Of a stretch of 64,000 nucleotides of DNA, positions 20,201 through 30,100 are shown piece by piece; the stretch's first letter is position 1; each line of letters opens with the position of its first letter. Under the pieces are notes generated by a model. It worked only from the letters and a program-made list of their open reading frames with translations. It did no database searches and had not been told where the DNA came from. The translations under genes and the position numbers were made by a program. The DNA is from a virus, in IMG/VR virus record IMGVR_UViG_3300033150_001569, positions 58,308 to 122,307 of that record. One strand, written 5' to 3'.

Positions 20201-21584
20201 ATTAAATAAATCTTTTATTAATAAAGAAGATTTAACATATTATCCAGAATCTTTTGAAATTAATTGTTTATATTTTGATTCAAATAATAAAATTTTAGTA
20301 GGTACTAATAATGGATTAATTAAAATTGATCCTGATACATTTGATATTGAAAAAGTTTTAGTTAAAGAATTAGAAACAGATTTTAATAATTATGATATAA
20401 CTTCAATTACTGAATCTGATAATTATATATGGGCAACTACAATTGATTCTGGTTTATTTAAAATAGATAAAACTAATTATAATAATGTAACACAATTTAA
20501 AAGAAATGACACATTTATTGCTAGTAATAATTTAACAAGTGTTGTTATAAAAGAAAATGATGATATTTTTATTGGTAATGCTTTTGATGGATTAAATTTT
20601 TATGATGAATCTGGTAATGATTGGGATATAATTAATAATCAAGTATTTATTGAAGGATCAAATATTGAACCATTTTTTATAAATTCAAATAATAATAAAT
20701 TAAAAATTAATATTAAAGATAAAATTTATGAATTAACAATAAATAATACATTAATTAATTCTTCTAGTACTGGTGAAATTCTTTCTTCATTAAATGAATT
20801 TAAAGATATAAATTTTACTTTTGTTAATAATCATATTAATAAATATATTAAAATAACTAATGCAGTTGATCCTTTAAATATTACTTATAAAAAAATATTA
20901 GAAATAATTGATTCAAATACAGTATTAATAGATAGTAGTTTAAATAGTGCTGAAGCAGGAATTACTTATGAATTACATAATGCTAGTGCTGAAAAAATAT
21001 CTCAGGATATTAATAATGCTGCTGGTGCTAATAATGATAATGCTAAAATTGATTTATCATTAATTACTAAAGCAAATGATAAAGGACAAATAGTATTTGT
21101 AAGAGAAAAACAAAATTTTGAATTATTTAAATTAATAAGTACAACAAATTCTATATATTCAACAATTGGTATAAATGTTGGAACTGAAAGAGAATTTAAT
21201 TATCCTAAAATAGTAAGTAATAGATTAGTAACAATGACTTTTTATAATAAAAAAGAAGAATTATTGGTAGGAACTTTTAATACTGGATTTTTTAAAAAAG
21301 ATAAAAATGATAATTATTATAATTATACACCAATAAATAGTTATTTACCAGAAATATATGTTAATAAAATTTTAGTTGATGCTTCTGGAAGTAAATGGAT
21401 TATAACTAATTATTTTATAACTAAATTTGTTGATAAAACAAGTGATCAAATTGAAATTAAAATTAATGATACTTCTAAAGTTGTTGATTGTAAAGTTGAT
21501 GATTATCAAATAGAAATTAAACAAAGTACTGATGATATAGATATAGAAATTGATAATAACGATTTAGATTATGATATATTTTAA
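17265..21584 (+). CDS. Large virion-associated protein with C-terminal Reg_prop-type beta-propeller
   Basis: Blades such as IIRDHNNKIWIGTKFGISCYD, CLYFDSNNKILVGTNNGLIKID and SYLPEIYVNKILVDASGSKWI. The N-terminal half has amphipathic helical segments. Confidence 0.65.
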   Translation: MAREVDLTNDQRIENIETRYRKEKGLKFDNTPGKWLGASIGQFLPVEQILNFIKGVEKAIAPLILVLNLTAGVLNKAKIFLKTFPNLTALIIKIALYPIVRFLEDLKNTKVSMLIISPKLGPMSIKKAFTVLENSFYDKADPERPIPKTGLLGGLIILGYFPTLSAFTRFGNTIAKFLNQPTFGNFDKVKLKSPFATATVIDMAKIDHTTRDSGNDSLYSNELKWQGDNSKKVVNYKQYIADARGGSVFINPNFDIIISTSNFSFPEKGLLKVTQGLDKPYYIPYNGRAVVLNNNRIVPIHFKFDDKQDIKYYAFINCEIPQNIYKITEVSDDIQTTNNDKNYKIIHDVEFRKIEIKGKKKSNFIDSISESYENFLSFDTQDIIGDLIEPDKSQYNRKINITDKRTLNINYSGRESEFLKITSFILIDQETGEYFGKFYRDEFVVPGSQVVDDKGNLTISYILTDIPSSIRKVLVIAYMNIFEDTDELEEITKFITRITKKHRFEIKGAFLEPGTFPFQGTAPDWYSIGLTDLIRPLKYVFRYFSQFIDWLSKYSFDVTDILIKGIEVLEHNVKTLKETLDSINYMLTEYFTFEILNTRANFLLLDPKLGGVPNFMYRIRNSTGLETFGAKDNYQELDKYRFTENEQEYLKKFTVSGGQTQSLVSLANSGYLNKEGYTFIIALCVTSGRDYSVFSKFFQFAVQDTWKDIRKVFNDKYLEDLKKGYKRAFNGQYPFDNTNLNDTDRNKLEGILEQIENNKEEADEPTTLPEEVPGDFARPTYDPYGTISSPGEANDVLNTGQGKDGKLISDTNYRELYELDDGTKWDIIKNGDNDLGRINLDSNAGLIDGNLLTSPPFGRYIDGLFDQFNRLYIITEFGLARYDYQNWYGFIDLNGFLNPNPTSIIRDHNNKIWIGTKFGISCYDPGKNWINYSKYQPIYDLENNQYTYNNNFKNIIVKTIVTNETIENIQSFPIKKIKKLNKSFINKEDLTYYPESFEINCLYFDSNNKILVGTNNGLIKIDPDTFDIEKVLVKELETDFNNYDITSITESDNYIWATTIDSGLFKIDKTNYNNVTQFKRNDTFIASNNLTSVVIKENDDIFIGNAFDGLNFYDESGNDWDIINNQVFIEGSNIEPFFINSNNNKLKINIKDKIYELTINNTLINSSSTGEILSSLNEFKDINFTFVNNHINKYIKITNAVDPLNITYKKILEIIDSNTVLIDSSLNSAEAGITYELHNASAEKISQDINNAAGANNDNAKIDLSLITKANDKGQIVFVREKQNFELFKLISTTNSIYSTIGINVGTEREFNYPKIVSNRLVTMTFYNKKEELLVGTFNTGFFKKDKNDNYYNYTPINSYLPEIYVNKILVDASGSKWIITNYFITKFVDKTSDQIEIKINDTSKVVDCKVDDYQIEIKQSTDDIDIEIDNNDLDYDIF

Positions 21585-21596
21585 AGGAGAAATAAA

Positions 21597-22646
21597 ATGG
21601 AATTTAAAATTAAAAAGAAAGATAGATTACCAGATTTAGGAATAACAGCATATAAAGTAGGTACAAGTGATCCGCATAATTTTAATGATGATGGTACTAT
21701 TTATGATAAAAAATTAGTTAATGGTGCAGAGATTTCTGATAAAAAACATGTATTTTTTATAATGAAAAAAACTCAAGTATCTTATACAGGTTCTTATCCA
21801 TTAACTAGTGAAAGATTAAATCAAGGAGTTGAAACAGGAGATGAACCACTTAGTACTAGTGCTTATAATATTATATTAAGTATTGATAATTTTGATCCAT
21901 TATTAATAGATGTAACAGGAGATGAAGGAGTAGGAGGTAATTATGAACCTTCTGATATAGTTGATAATATTAATGCTGCTTTTGCTAATTTAGATACATC
22001 ATTAGCTAATGTTGCTTCATTAACAACAGAAGGTTATTTAAAAATTACTTCTCCTTCTACTGGAATTAATAGTCGTGTAATAGTTCATAATAATCCTGGT
22101 GAAGTTAGTAAAAATGCTACTGAAATTTTATTTGATGTTGAAGAAGATAGTGGTACTGTTTATTCTCAAGATGATATTCCTGTTAATCCTAATTTATTTG
22201 GACATGAAGGAATTAATGCTGAAATAGTAAGTGATGATCCTAGTCTTGGTAAATTAAAATATAAATGGAATGTATTAGATACACAAAATGAAGGAATTTA
22301 TATTGCAGAATTTAAAATAAAATATGTAATAGATATTACTTTAACAGGTAGTATTAAATTTTTTAATGGATCTAAAACATTAGAAGGTATTAATGCTAAA
22401 TTATTATCAGAAATTAAAAAAGGTGATTTTATTTCTGATGGTTCTAAATTATATATGATTAATAAAATAACAAATGATAATGCAGCAGTATTAGTTGATA
22501 ATTATGATAGTGTTGATAAAACAGTTTCAACTCCTTCTGGTAAAGGATTCAAATTTCGATCATTTCCTAGTACTGATGATACTGAAAAGAAATTATTTGT
22601 AAAAGTTGCTGATGATGTTGATAATGATGATGATTTTTATGAATAA
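21597..22646 (+). CDS. BppU-like baseplate protein with inserted domains
   Basis: MEFKIKKKDRLPDL...GKLKYKWNVLDTQNEGIYIAEFKIKY...SFPS motif set. Confidence 0.6.
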   Translation: MEFKIKKKDRLPDLGITAYKVGTSDPHNFNDDGTIYDKKLVNGAEISDKKHVFFIMKKTQVSYTGSYPLTSERLNQGVETGDEPLSTSAYNIILSIDNFDPLLIDVTGDEGVGGNYEPSDIVDNINAAFANLDTSLANVASLTTEGYLKITSPSTGINSRVIVHNNPGEVSKNATEILFDVEEDSGTVYSQDDIPVNPNLFGHEGINAEIVSDDPSLGKLKYKWNVLDTQNEGIYIAEFKIKYVIDITLTGSIKFFNGSKTLEGINAKLLSEIKKGDFISDGSKLYMINKITNDNAAVLVDNYDSVDKTVSTPSGKGFKFRSFPSTDDTEKKLFVKVADDVDNDDDFYE

Positions 22647-22660
22647 AAATTGGAGGATTT

Positions 22661-23098
22661 GTGAAAACATTTTATGATAATTTAAATCATACTGATAAAG
22701 ATATTTTTCAATTTGTAATAAGTGATTTAGAACAGGATTATAATAATATTGAAATTAGAAAAATTAATCAATCTATATCTGATATGGAAAAAGAACTTAG
22801 AGATAAAAATAATCGTAGAAAAATACTTGAAAATCGTATTAATAATATTATATATCTTTTAAAAATTATTAATGAAGTTAAAAATCCTTCAGATGAATTA
22901 TTATTATTTAAAAATAATTTAATTGAAAATTTACAAATAACTCATGATGAAATACCTAAATGTAATGTACAGAAATTACATATTAGAATATTAGAACAAA
23001 AAAAATTATTAGAAAGATTTACTCAAATTAAAAAATTAATTAATAAATTTTTTAATAATAAAATTAATAATGATAAACAAGATAATAAAAAAAATTAA
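22661..23098 (+). CDS. Coiled-coil hypothetical protein
   Basis: GTG start after GGAGG; heptad pattern. Confidence 0.6.
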   Translation: MKTFYDNLNHTDKDIFQFVISDLEQDYNNIEIRKINQSISDMEKELRDKNNRRKILENRINNIIYLLKIINEVKNPSDELLLFKNNLIENLQITHDEIPKCNVQKLHIRILEQKKLLERFTQIKKLINKFFNNKINNDKQDNKKN

Positions 23099-23228
23099 TA
23101 AAAGATTAAAAGAAATTAAAGAAATAAAAAAACATTGTGAAACTATAGGTGAAGATTGTAAAATTTGTAAAGTAGTTATTAAAGAATTAAATAATATTTT
23201 AAATTATATTAAATTTTTTAAAAAATAA
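23070..23228 (+). CDS. Small basic protein (52 aa), not in ORF track
   Basis: MINKIIKKINKRLKEIKEIKKHCETIGEDCKICKVVIKELNNILNYIKFFKK fills the gap before gp25. Confidence 0.5.
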   Translation: MINKIIKKINKRLKEIKEIKKHCETIGEDCKICKVVIKELNNILNYIKFFKK

Positions 23229-23238
23229 GGATTAAATA

Positions 23239-23673
23239 ATGACAACTAAAACTAAAATAGATCTTATATTAGGTAGAGCAGCAAAATATCCTTTTAAAAT
23301 AGAAAATGGTACATGGCCTTTAACTCAACCTGGAAAAGTAGGTCAACAAAAACATATTAAAGATAGTTTATTAGATTTAATATTTACAACTTTAGGAGAA
23401 AGATTACATCGTAGAGGTTATGGATCATTAGCATTAGAATATATTTTTGAAAATATTGATGAGGTTTATGCTAGAGAATTAGAAACTAATATTTATGATA
23501 TTATAGCAAATTATGAAGGAAAAATTGATGTTCAATTAATAACAGTTACACCTGATCCAGATAATGCTCGGTACATTGTAAATATAGAATATACATTTGC
23601 AAATGAAGTAAAACCGAATAATATAATTTTTCCAATTTCAGCTAAAGATTTCAAAGAATCTGAATACTTATAA
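23239..23673 (+). CDS. Baseplate wedge gp25/GpW protein
   Basis: YPF..IKDSLLDLIFTTLGERLHRRGYGS..YIFE..IANYE. Confidence 0.9.
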   Translation: MTTKTKIDLILGRAAKYPFKIENGTWPLTQPGKVGQQKHIKDSLLDLIFTTLGERLHRRGYGSLALEYIFENIDEVYARELETNIYDIIANYEGKIDVQLITVTPDPDNARYIVNIEYTFANEVKPNNIIFPISAKDFKESEYL

Positions 23674-23755
23674 ATAAAAATCTATTCAATAATAGAAATT
23701 TTATAAATAAGATAAGATTGTGTTTAATAATATTAAATAGTATTGGGGGTAAAAA

Positions 23756-25519
23756 TTGGCAAATAATTTACCTAAAATTGATTATAGTAGTAGAGATTTT
23801 ATTGCTATTTTGGCAGATATAAGAAGATTATTTCCTTATTTTCTACCAGAAATGACAGATTTAAATCCTAGTAATCCTGCTATTGCTTTAGCAGAAATTG
23901 ATGCTGTTATGGCAGATCAATTGCATTTTTATGTAGATAGAATGGTAAATGAAATGTTTCTTGCTACTGCACTTCGTAGAAGAAATGTTAAAAATATATT
24001 AAGACTTATTGATTATGAAATGAGTTCTGCTCAATCATCAATAGTTCCATTAAAATTTACTTTAGGTTCAACATATCCAAATCCTATTATTATTCCAGTT
24101 GGAACTCAATGTCAATCAGTTGGATTAGATGAAGTAATTTATTTTGAAACAGTTAAAGATTTAATAATACCATCTGGTGAATTATCTAATACTATTGAAG
24201 CTGAGGAAGGACAAACGATAAGTGAATCAATAGGGGTTTCAGATGGAACTTCATATCAATCTTTTATAACTAATGAATATCCTATTATAGATGATAGTTT
24301 AAAAATATTTGTGAATGAAGGTTCTGGTTATTTTTTATGGAAAGAGGTAGAAAATTTTGCAAATTCAAATTCAACTAGTCGTCATTATGCTGTTCAAAAA
24401 GATGAATTTGATAGAGCAATTATATTTTTTGGTGATGATGGTCAAGGAAAAATACCTGCTCCTGATTCTTCTATTCTTGCTATATATAAAATAGGTGGTG
24501 GAGAAAGAGGAAATGTTGAGATAGGAGTTATTCAACAAATAAATAGTATTATTTTGCATAATGGTAATCAAGTTTCTATTTCAGTTATTAATGAAGAAGC
24601 AGCACAGGGAGGTGTTGAAAGAGAAAGTATTGAAACTGCAAAAATTCAAGGACCATTAAATCTTAGAACTTTAGGTAAAGCAGTAACATTAGAAGATTTT
24701 GAAACATTGGCATTAAAAGTAAGTGGAGTTGGTAAATGTCAAGCAAAAAAAACAGATTTTAATGAAGTTACTTTATATATATTTGGAAATGCAGGAATTG
24801 AGGCATCTATTGCATTAAAATCTAAAACAAAAGAATATTTTGATGGTAATGGAGTTGATATTCCACAAAAAAGATTATGTACAGTAGAAGTATTAGTTGA
24901 AGGTGGAACTTATGTAGATCCTTGGATTGAAGGGTATATTAAAGTATTACCTAATTATAAAAATTCAAGTGTTAAAGCATTAGTTAATGATGCTTTAAAA
25001 GAATTATTTGATTTTGATGAACAAGAATTTGGTAAAACAGATGATGATATAGGAAATTTAAATACTAGTGATGTAATTAGTGTTATTCGTAATGTAGAAG
25101 GTGTTGATTATTTTAATCCTGATATTATTTCAATGCGTCCTAAAATTAATAAAGAAGTATGGTCTGGTGATGCTGATTTTGTTGATGATGCTTGGGTTAT
25201 TAATGATGAAACAGTTGATGAAACATGGACATTAAATTTTGTTAGTCCTACTAAATTTCAAGTTCAGGGAAGTGTTAGTGGAGTACAATCAAATCAAGGA
25301 GTAATTGGAACTTTATATCAATCAGATGGTACAGAACCAAAAATTAAATTTAAATTAGAAAATAATGGTCAAGCAATGCAAATAGGAGATAGAGTAAAAT
25401 TTAGAGTTTCTAAAATTAATGATAATATTGATGTTAATGATTCTGAAATTTTGTCTCCAACATTAGATATTAATGGATTATTTAAATATTTTGATTTAAC
25501 TTATGAAGGAGGGGCATAA
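23756..25519 (+). CDS. Baseplate J / gp6-like wedge protein
   Basis: IDYSSRDF..NPSNPAIAL..NEMFLATA, FFGDDGQGKIP, GGVERESIE, AVTLEDFE. Confidence 0.92.
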   Translation: MANNLPKIDYSSRDFIAILADIRRLFPYFLPEMTDLNPSNPAIALAEIDAVMADQLHFYVDRMVNEMFLATALRRRNVKNILRLIDYEMSSAQSSIVPLKFTLGSTYPNPIIIPVGTQCQSVGLDEVIYFETVKDLIIPSGELSNTIEAEEGQTISESIGVSDGTSYQSFITNEYPIIDDSLKIFVNEGSGYFLWKEVENFANSNSTSRHYAVQKDEFDRAIIFFGDDGQGKIPAPDSSILAIYKIGGGERGNVEIGVIQQINSIILHNGNQVSISVINEEAAQGGVERESIETAKIQGPLNLRTLGKAVTLEDFETLALKVSGVGKCQAKKTDFNEVTLYIFGNAGIEASIALKSKTKEYFDGNGVDIPQKRLCTVEVLVEGGTYVDPWIEGYIKVLPNYKNSSVKALVNDALKELFDFDEQEFGKTDDDIGNLNTSDVISVIRNVEGVDYFNPDIISMRPKINKEVWSGDADFVDDAWVINDETVDETWTLNFVSPTKFQVQGSVSGVQSNQGVIGTLYQSDGTEPKIKFKLENNGQAMQIGDRVKFRVSKINDNIDVNDSEILSPTLDINGLFKYFDLTYEGGA

Positions 25520-25689
25520 TGAATAATTTTATTTTAAATTTAGCAAGACCAAGAAGAAATGGTGGAAATGGTAGACGTGATGGTTCTGGAAGAGGAAGAG
25601 GTCAATCAGGTGGAGGAAGAAGAAATAGAAATCCTAAACCATGTGGTAGAGGTGGAAATGGAAATGGAAGAGGTAGAAATCGTAAATAA
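25519..25689 (+). CDS. 56-aa Arg/Gly-rich (RGG-like) peptide, not in ORF track
   Basis: MNNFILNLARPRRNGGNGRRDGSGRGRGQSGGGRRNRNPKPCGRGGNGNGRGRNRK*; TAATG coupling to baseplate J, preceded by AAGGAGGGG. Confidence 0.75.
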   Translation: MNNFILNLARPRRNGGNGRRDGSGRGRGQSGGGRRNRNPKPCGRGGNGNGRGRNRK

Positions 25690-25690
25690 T

Positions 25691-25957
25691 ATGGATGATA
25701 AAAAAATAGTTAAAAAATTTATTTTAAGTACATTAGAAGGATTATTAGATGAAATAGATAAATTAAAAATTAAAATAAATAAAAAAAATAATTATATTGA
25801 ATATTTAATTAAAGTTGATGATAAAGATTATGGAAAAGTAATAGGTAAAGATGGTAGAAATTTAAAAGCTATTAAAACTTTATTTAATTCAATTACTAGT
25901 AAATTAAAAATATCTGCTAATATTAATTTTGATATTCCTAAATTAAAGAAAAAATAA
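25691..25957 (+). CDS. khpA: KH-domain RNA-binding protein (KhpA/YlqC family)
   Basis: IKVDDKDYGKVIGKDGRNLKAIKTL with the GxxG loop. The true start is 25691; the track's upstream extension is the RGG gene read out of frame. Confidence 0.85.
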   Translation: MDDKKIVKKFILSTLEGLLDEIDKLKIKINKKNNYIEYLIKVDDKDYGKVIGKDGRNLKAIKTLFNSITSKLKISANINFDIPKLKKK

Positions 25958-27189
25958 TGCTTAAAATTAAAAAACCAATTTATACAGTATTTCAATCTTA
26001 TCAAGAACAAAGTGAAGATTATCCAAAAGGTCGTACTGTATTAACATTAAATTGGCAAATACCTACTAAATATGAAGAAATTGAAAAAATAATAATTGAA
26101 TCATTTAATGGTTTAGATACTAATTTTCAATTACCTTATGGAAATATTGAAAATATTACTTTATATGCTGATGATATTGAAATTGATAGTAGTCATTATA
26201 TAATTGATTTAATAGAAGGAAATGGAACTGTTTATTCTACTGCTGCAAATAATGGTCAAAAAATAAAAATAACATATACTCCACTTAATCCTGTAAAAGT
26301 AACAGATGAAATAGAAGGAGAAATTTTAATTAATTCTTGTGTTCCAAATAGAGATAATGAATTCAAAATAGGTAATAAAAATATAATACCAACAATTACT
26401 CCTAAATTTTATACTAATGGAATTTATATTACTCATAATACTCCAATAATTGATAGTATTAATAAAATAATTACAACTGATAAATGGTATTTTAATTATA
26501 AAACTGGTAAAGGTGTTCTTAGATCTGGTGCAGCATTACCTGCTACTTTAAGTGAAATAACAATTGATTATTATAGAGAAATAAAATTAGATAAATTTGA
26601 ATTATATAAAATTGAAAATGGATTATATATATATACAACTTATGAAGAAGTTATAAATGATCCTAATAAAATTATTGTTAATGATAATATTAATTATTCT
26701 TCTAATAACTACATTGAAGAAATGATTTCAGACCAAAATGGTCGTAATTATATGTATTATTTATTTGCTGTTGATTCTGATGGCAATCATTCTATTTGTG
26801 ATTTACAATTAATAGAAACATTACCTTCAATTGTACAAAATTTTGTATTATATACTAGAACTGGTGAAGTAAATTTATTTTGGGATAAAGTAATTGATCC
26901 TAATGTTAATGGTTATAATATTTGGAGATGTGAAGGAACTATTTTACAAAAACAAAATCTTGTTAAATTAAATAGTAAATTAATAACATCTAATGAATTT
27001 TCTGATAGTGCAACAAATACTACAAATAGAAAATCTTCTACTGAAATTACATATCCATTAGAAGCAAAAAGTTATGTTTATTTAGTTGAAGCAGTAGATG
27101 AATATTCTAGTTGGAAAGTAGGAACTGAAAATAAAAGTAGTGAAGCAAGTGAAAATTTAATAACTCAATTAATTCCTGACGATAAATAA
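25957..27189 (+). CDS. Fibronectin-III-like virion protein
   Basis: YYLFAVDSDGNHS, VNLFWDKV..VNGYNIWR, YVYLVEAVD. Confidence 0.65.
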   Translation: MLKIKKPIYTVFQSYQEQSEDYPKGRTVLTLNWQIPTKYEEIEKIIIESFNGLDTNFQLPYGNIENITLYADDIEIDSSHYIIDLIEGNGTVYSTAANNGQKIKITYTPLNPVKVTDEIEGEILINSCVPNRDNEFKIGNKNIIPTITPKFYTNGIYITHNTPIIDSINKIITTDKWYFNYKTGKGVLRSGAALPATLSEITIDYYREIKLDKFELYKIENGLYIYTTYEEVINDPNKIIVNDNINYSSNNYIEEMISDQNGRNYMYYLFAVDSDGNHSICDLQLIETLPSIVQNFVLYTRTGEVNLFWDKVIDPNVNGYNIWRCEGTILQKQNLVKLNSKLITSNEFSDSATNTTNRKSSTEITYPLEAKSYVYLVEAVDEYSSWKVGTENKSSEASENLITQLIPDDK

Positions 27190-27190
27190 A

Positions 27191-30100
27191 ATGGCAAAAC
27201 TTAAATCATTATATTCTACTGAAGCTAGTGTTTCAATTCCTGGTAGTGCTATATATGAATATTTAGTAAGAAATTTAACTGTTGAAGCTACTGTTGAAGG
27301 TCCACAAATTTTAATTTCTTTTACTAATCCAACAATTAGTAATTTTTTAAAAGTTCATATTGTAAGAAAATTACGATCATATCCTTTAAGTCCTACTGAT
27401 GGAGTTAAAGTATATGAAGGAACTGGTAATGTATTTAGTGATAGAAATATAGTTGGTGGTCAATGTTATTATTATACTGTTTTTGTAGAATTAGATGATG
27501 GTAGTATTTATTATGATGTAAATTTTAGTACTGGATTTGCTATATCTTTTTCAACAGGAAACATGCCAGATTATGCTTATGAATCAACGGTTAGACATTA
27601 TAAAATAAGTGATTCTAAAACTCCATCTAGAATATTAGAAGAAGTGCAAACTGATAAAGGTGATTATGTAAATATAAATGAAGAAACTGATAAACATCAA
27701 TTACAAAGATATTTTAAAACTACTAAAGTAGAATTTGATAGAATTAAATCATTAATAGAATATTCACCAACTTTATTAGATATAGATAATTGTCCAGAAT
27801 ATATTCTTCCATATATTTCTCAATTTTTAGGAGTAGATTTTAATGCAGATATTCCAATTGAAGCAAGACGTGCAGAATTAAAAAATATTATTGGAATATA
27901 TAAAACTAAAGGTACTCCTGATTCAATAACTAATCAATTACAAAATATTTCTAAATTAGATGTTGGTATACAAGAATATTATAAAAATATTCTTAAATCT
28001 AATAGAAGAGATAGAACGTCTGCAAAATTTGGACCTGAATGGTCATTAGCTATAGGTTTAGAAGGTGATCCAAGTGTTAATAGTTTAAATTTTGATGAAA
28101 ATGGTTTATATGATTGGAGAAAATATGGTTTATGGTTTCTTATAGATGAAGAAGAAACTTTAACTAAAGCAGTTATTGATAAAACAAATAGAATAATTGA
28201 TAAATATGAACCTGCAAATGCTATTCATTTATTAGGTGCTTATACTGAAATAGAGGAAGATTTTACTATTTTAGTAGAAGATATGTTTGATGATCAATTT
28301 GAATATGGATTTAAATTTGATCTATATACTTTAGATAATGAAATTATTCATATTGAATCATTTGTAGATGAATGGTTTACTGATATTACTTTTATAGAAT
28401 ATCTCGATGTATTATATGATTATGATAAAGTATTAATATCAAATATAATTGATAAAGTATCTAATGTTGCATTAATTCAATCTGCTGATATGATAACTGA
28501 TGCAGGAATTGGTGGTTCATTAGGTAGAAAATTATCTGATAGTTTTACAAATTATAATGAAAATGGAAAATTTAAATATACTGATTATCCAGAAATTAAT
28601 GAAGATCTTTCAGCATTAAAAGTATTGGGTCAAGGTTGGTATCATGATGATTATAGTTATGGCCCATATATTGAAACTTATTTATTTGATATTTTAGAAG
28701 AAAATTTAGAAGAAATTGATACAGATAATAATGAAGATATTAATACAAGTATAACAATTTCTGAAGATACGAATGTTGAATTTCAAATTGAATCATTAGA
28801 TATAGAAAATATTAATATAATTACTGAATCAAATTATGATGAAATATTCATATTAGATTCAGAAAATTATTTAATTAGTTCAATTTCTGATGGTAAAAAA
28901 TTAGATGCAGATACTATATTTAATGAATTAATTTATAATAAAGAAAATTGGTTATATTCAAATAATATTGAAAAATTATCAAATGATATATTAATTAAAT
29001 CTACTCAATGGATAATTGATTCATATATTGATCAACAATATTATAGTGGTATTGGAGAAGAATCTTTTACAGATGCAATAGATAGTGAAGAAAATTTAAC
29101 AACTGTTGAAAATATTTATTTAGAAAATTATGATATTTCAAATATAATTGATGAAATACTTAATGATCCTGTTCAAGAAATAAATAATGAAAATATATTA
29201 TCATCAAATTTTATTGAATCATCATTAAATGCAATAGAAACTTTAGAAGAAGAATTATTAGAATCAACTGATGATTCTTGGTTTACAGAATTATATTTTG
29301 CAACTACTCCTGAAATGGAAGAAAATCTTGGTATAATTCCATTTGATCAAGTAATGCCTGATGAATCAGAATCAATAAATCAAGAAATATATTCAAATAT
29401 TATCAATGAAGAATTAATAAATGAAATAAATATTTTACCAGAAGATGAAACAATATTATATAGTTATTTAGATTCAGATTTAAATGAATTAGATATTTTA
29501 AATAATGAAAATTATAATTTATTATCAATAATTGATAATAGTGTAAATGAAGAAATAAATACTTTAGATATTGATTCATATAATATTAATTGGGTAGATG
29601 TAGATGTAACAACAATTTATGATGGAAGAGAAAAAATTTATACAGAATTGTTTTATGTAGAAAAATTTAGTGATATTATTGATTTAAATTTTGAAAATTA
29701 TTCATTTTTTATTAATGATAATAATATAGATAATATAGAATTTTTAAATTCTGAAATTTATTCTTTTATTATTAATGAACTTTCTGTAAATGAAGATATT
29801 GAATCATTAATACAGGATAATTTTTCTTTTACATTTTTAGATCAAGAATTAACAGAATTAGATAAAATAGATTCAGATAATTATAATTTAACTGCTAGTG
29901 ATTATGCTGATCTTTTAATTGAAAGTGAAAATTTAGAATCATATTCAAATATTATATCAGAAGAATTATTATCTGAAATATATGAAATATCAGATGATAC
30001 TATCACATTATCTTTATTTGATTCATATTTAACTGAAAGTGAAAAATTAGATACTGAAAATCTTGGAATAACTATTCAAGAAGAAATAATTCCTTATATA

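Noticed and set aside
23669-23709. T4-type late promoter TATAAATA
   Set aside because: It occurs twice here but is expected by chance at this AT content, and no gp55-like sigma factor was identified in the window.
25559-25690. Glu/Val/Met-rich N-terminal extension of the KH protein in the ORF track
   Set aside because: It is the out-of-frame reading of the RGG peptide gene; KhpA homology starts at ATG 25691.
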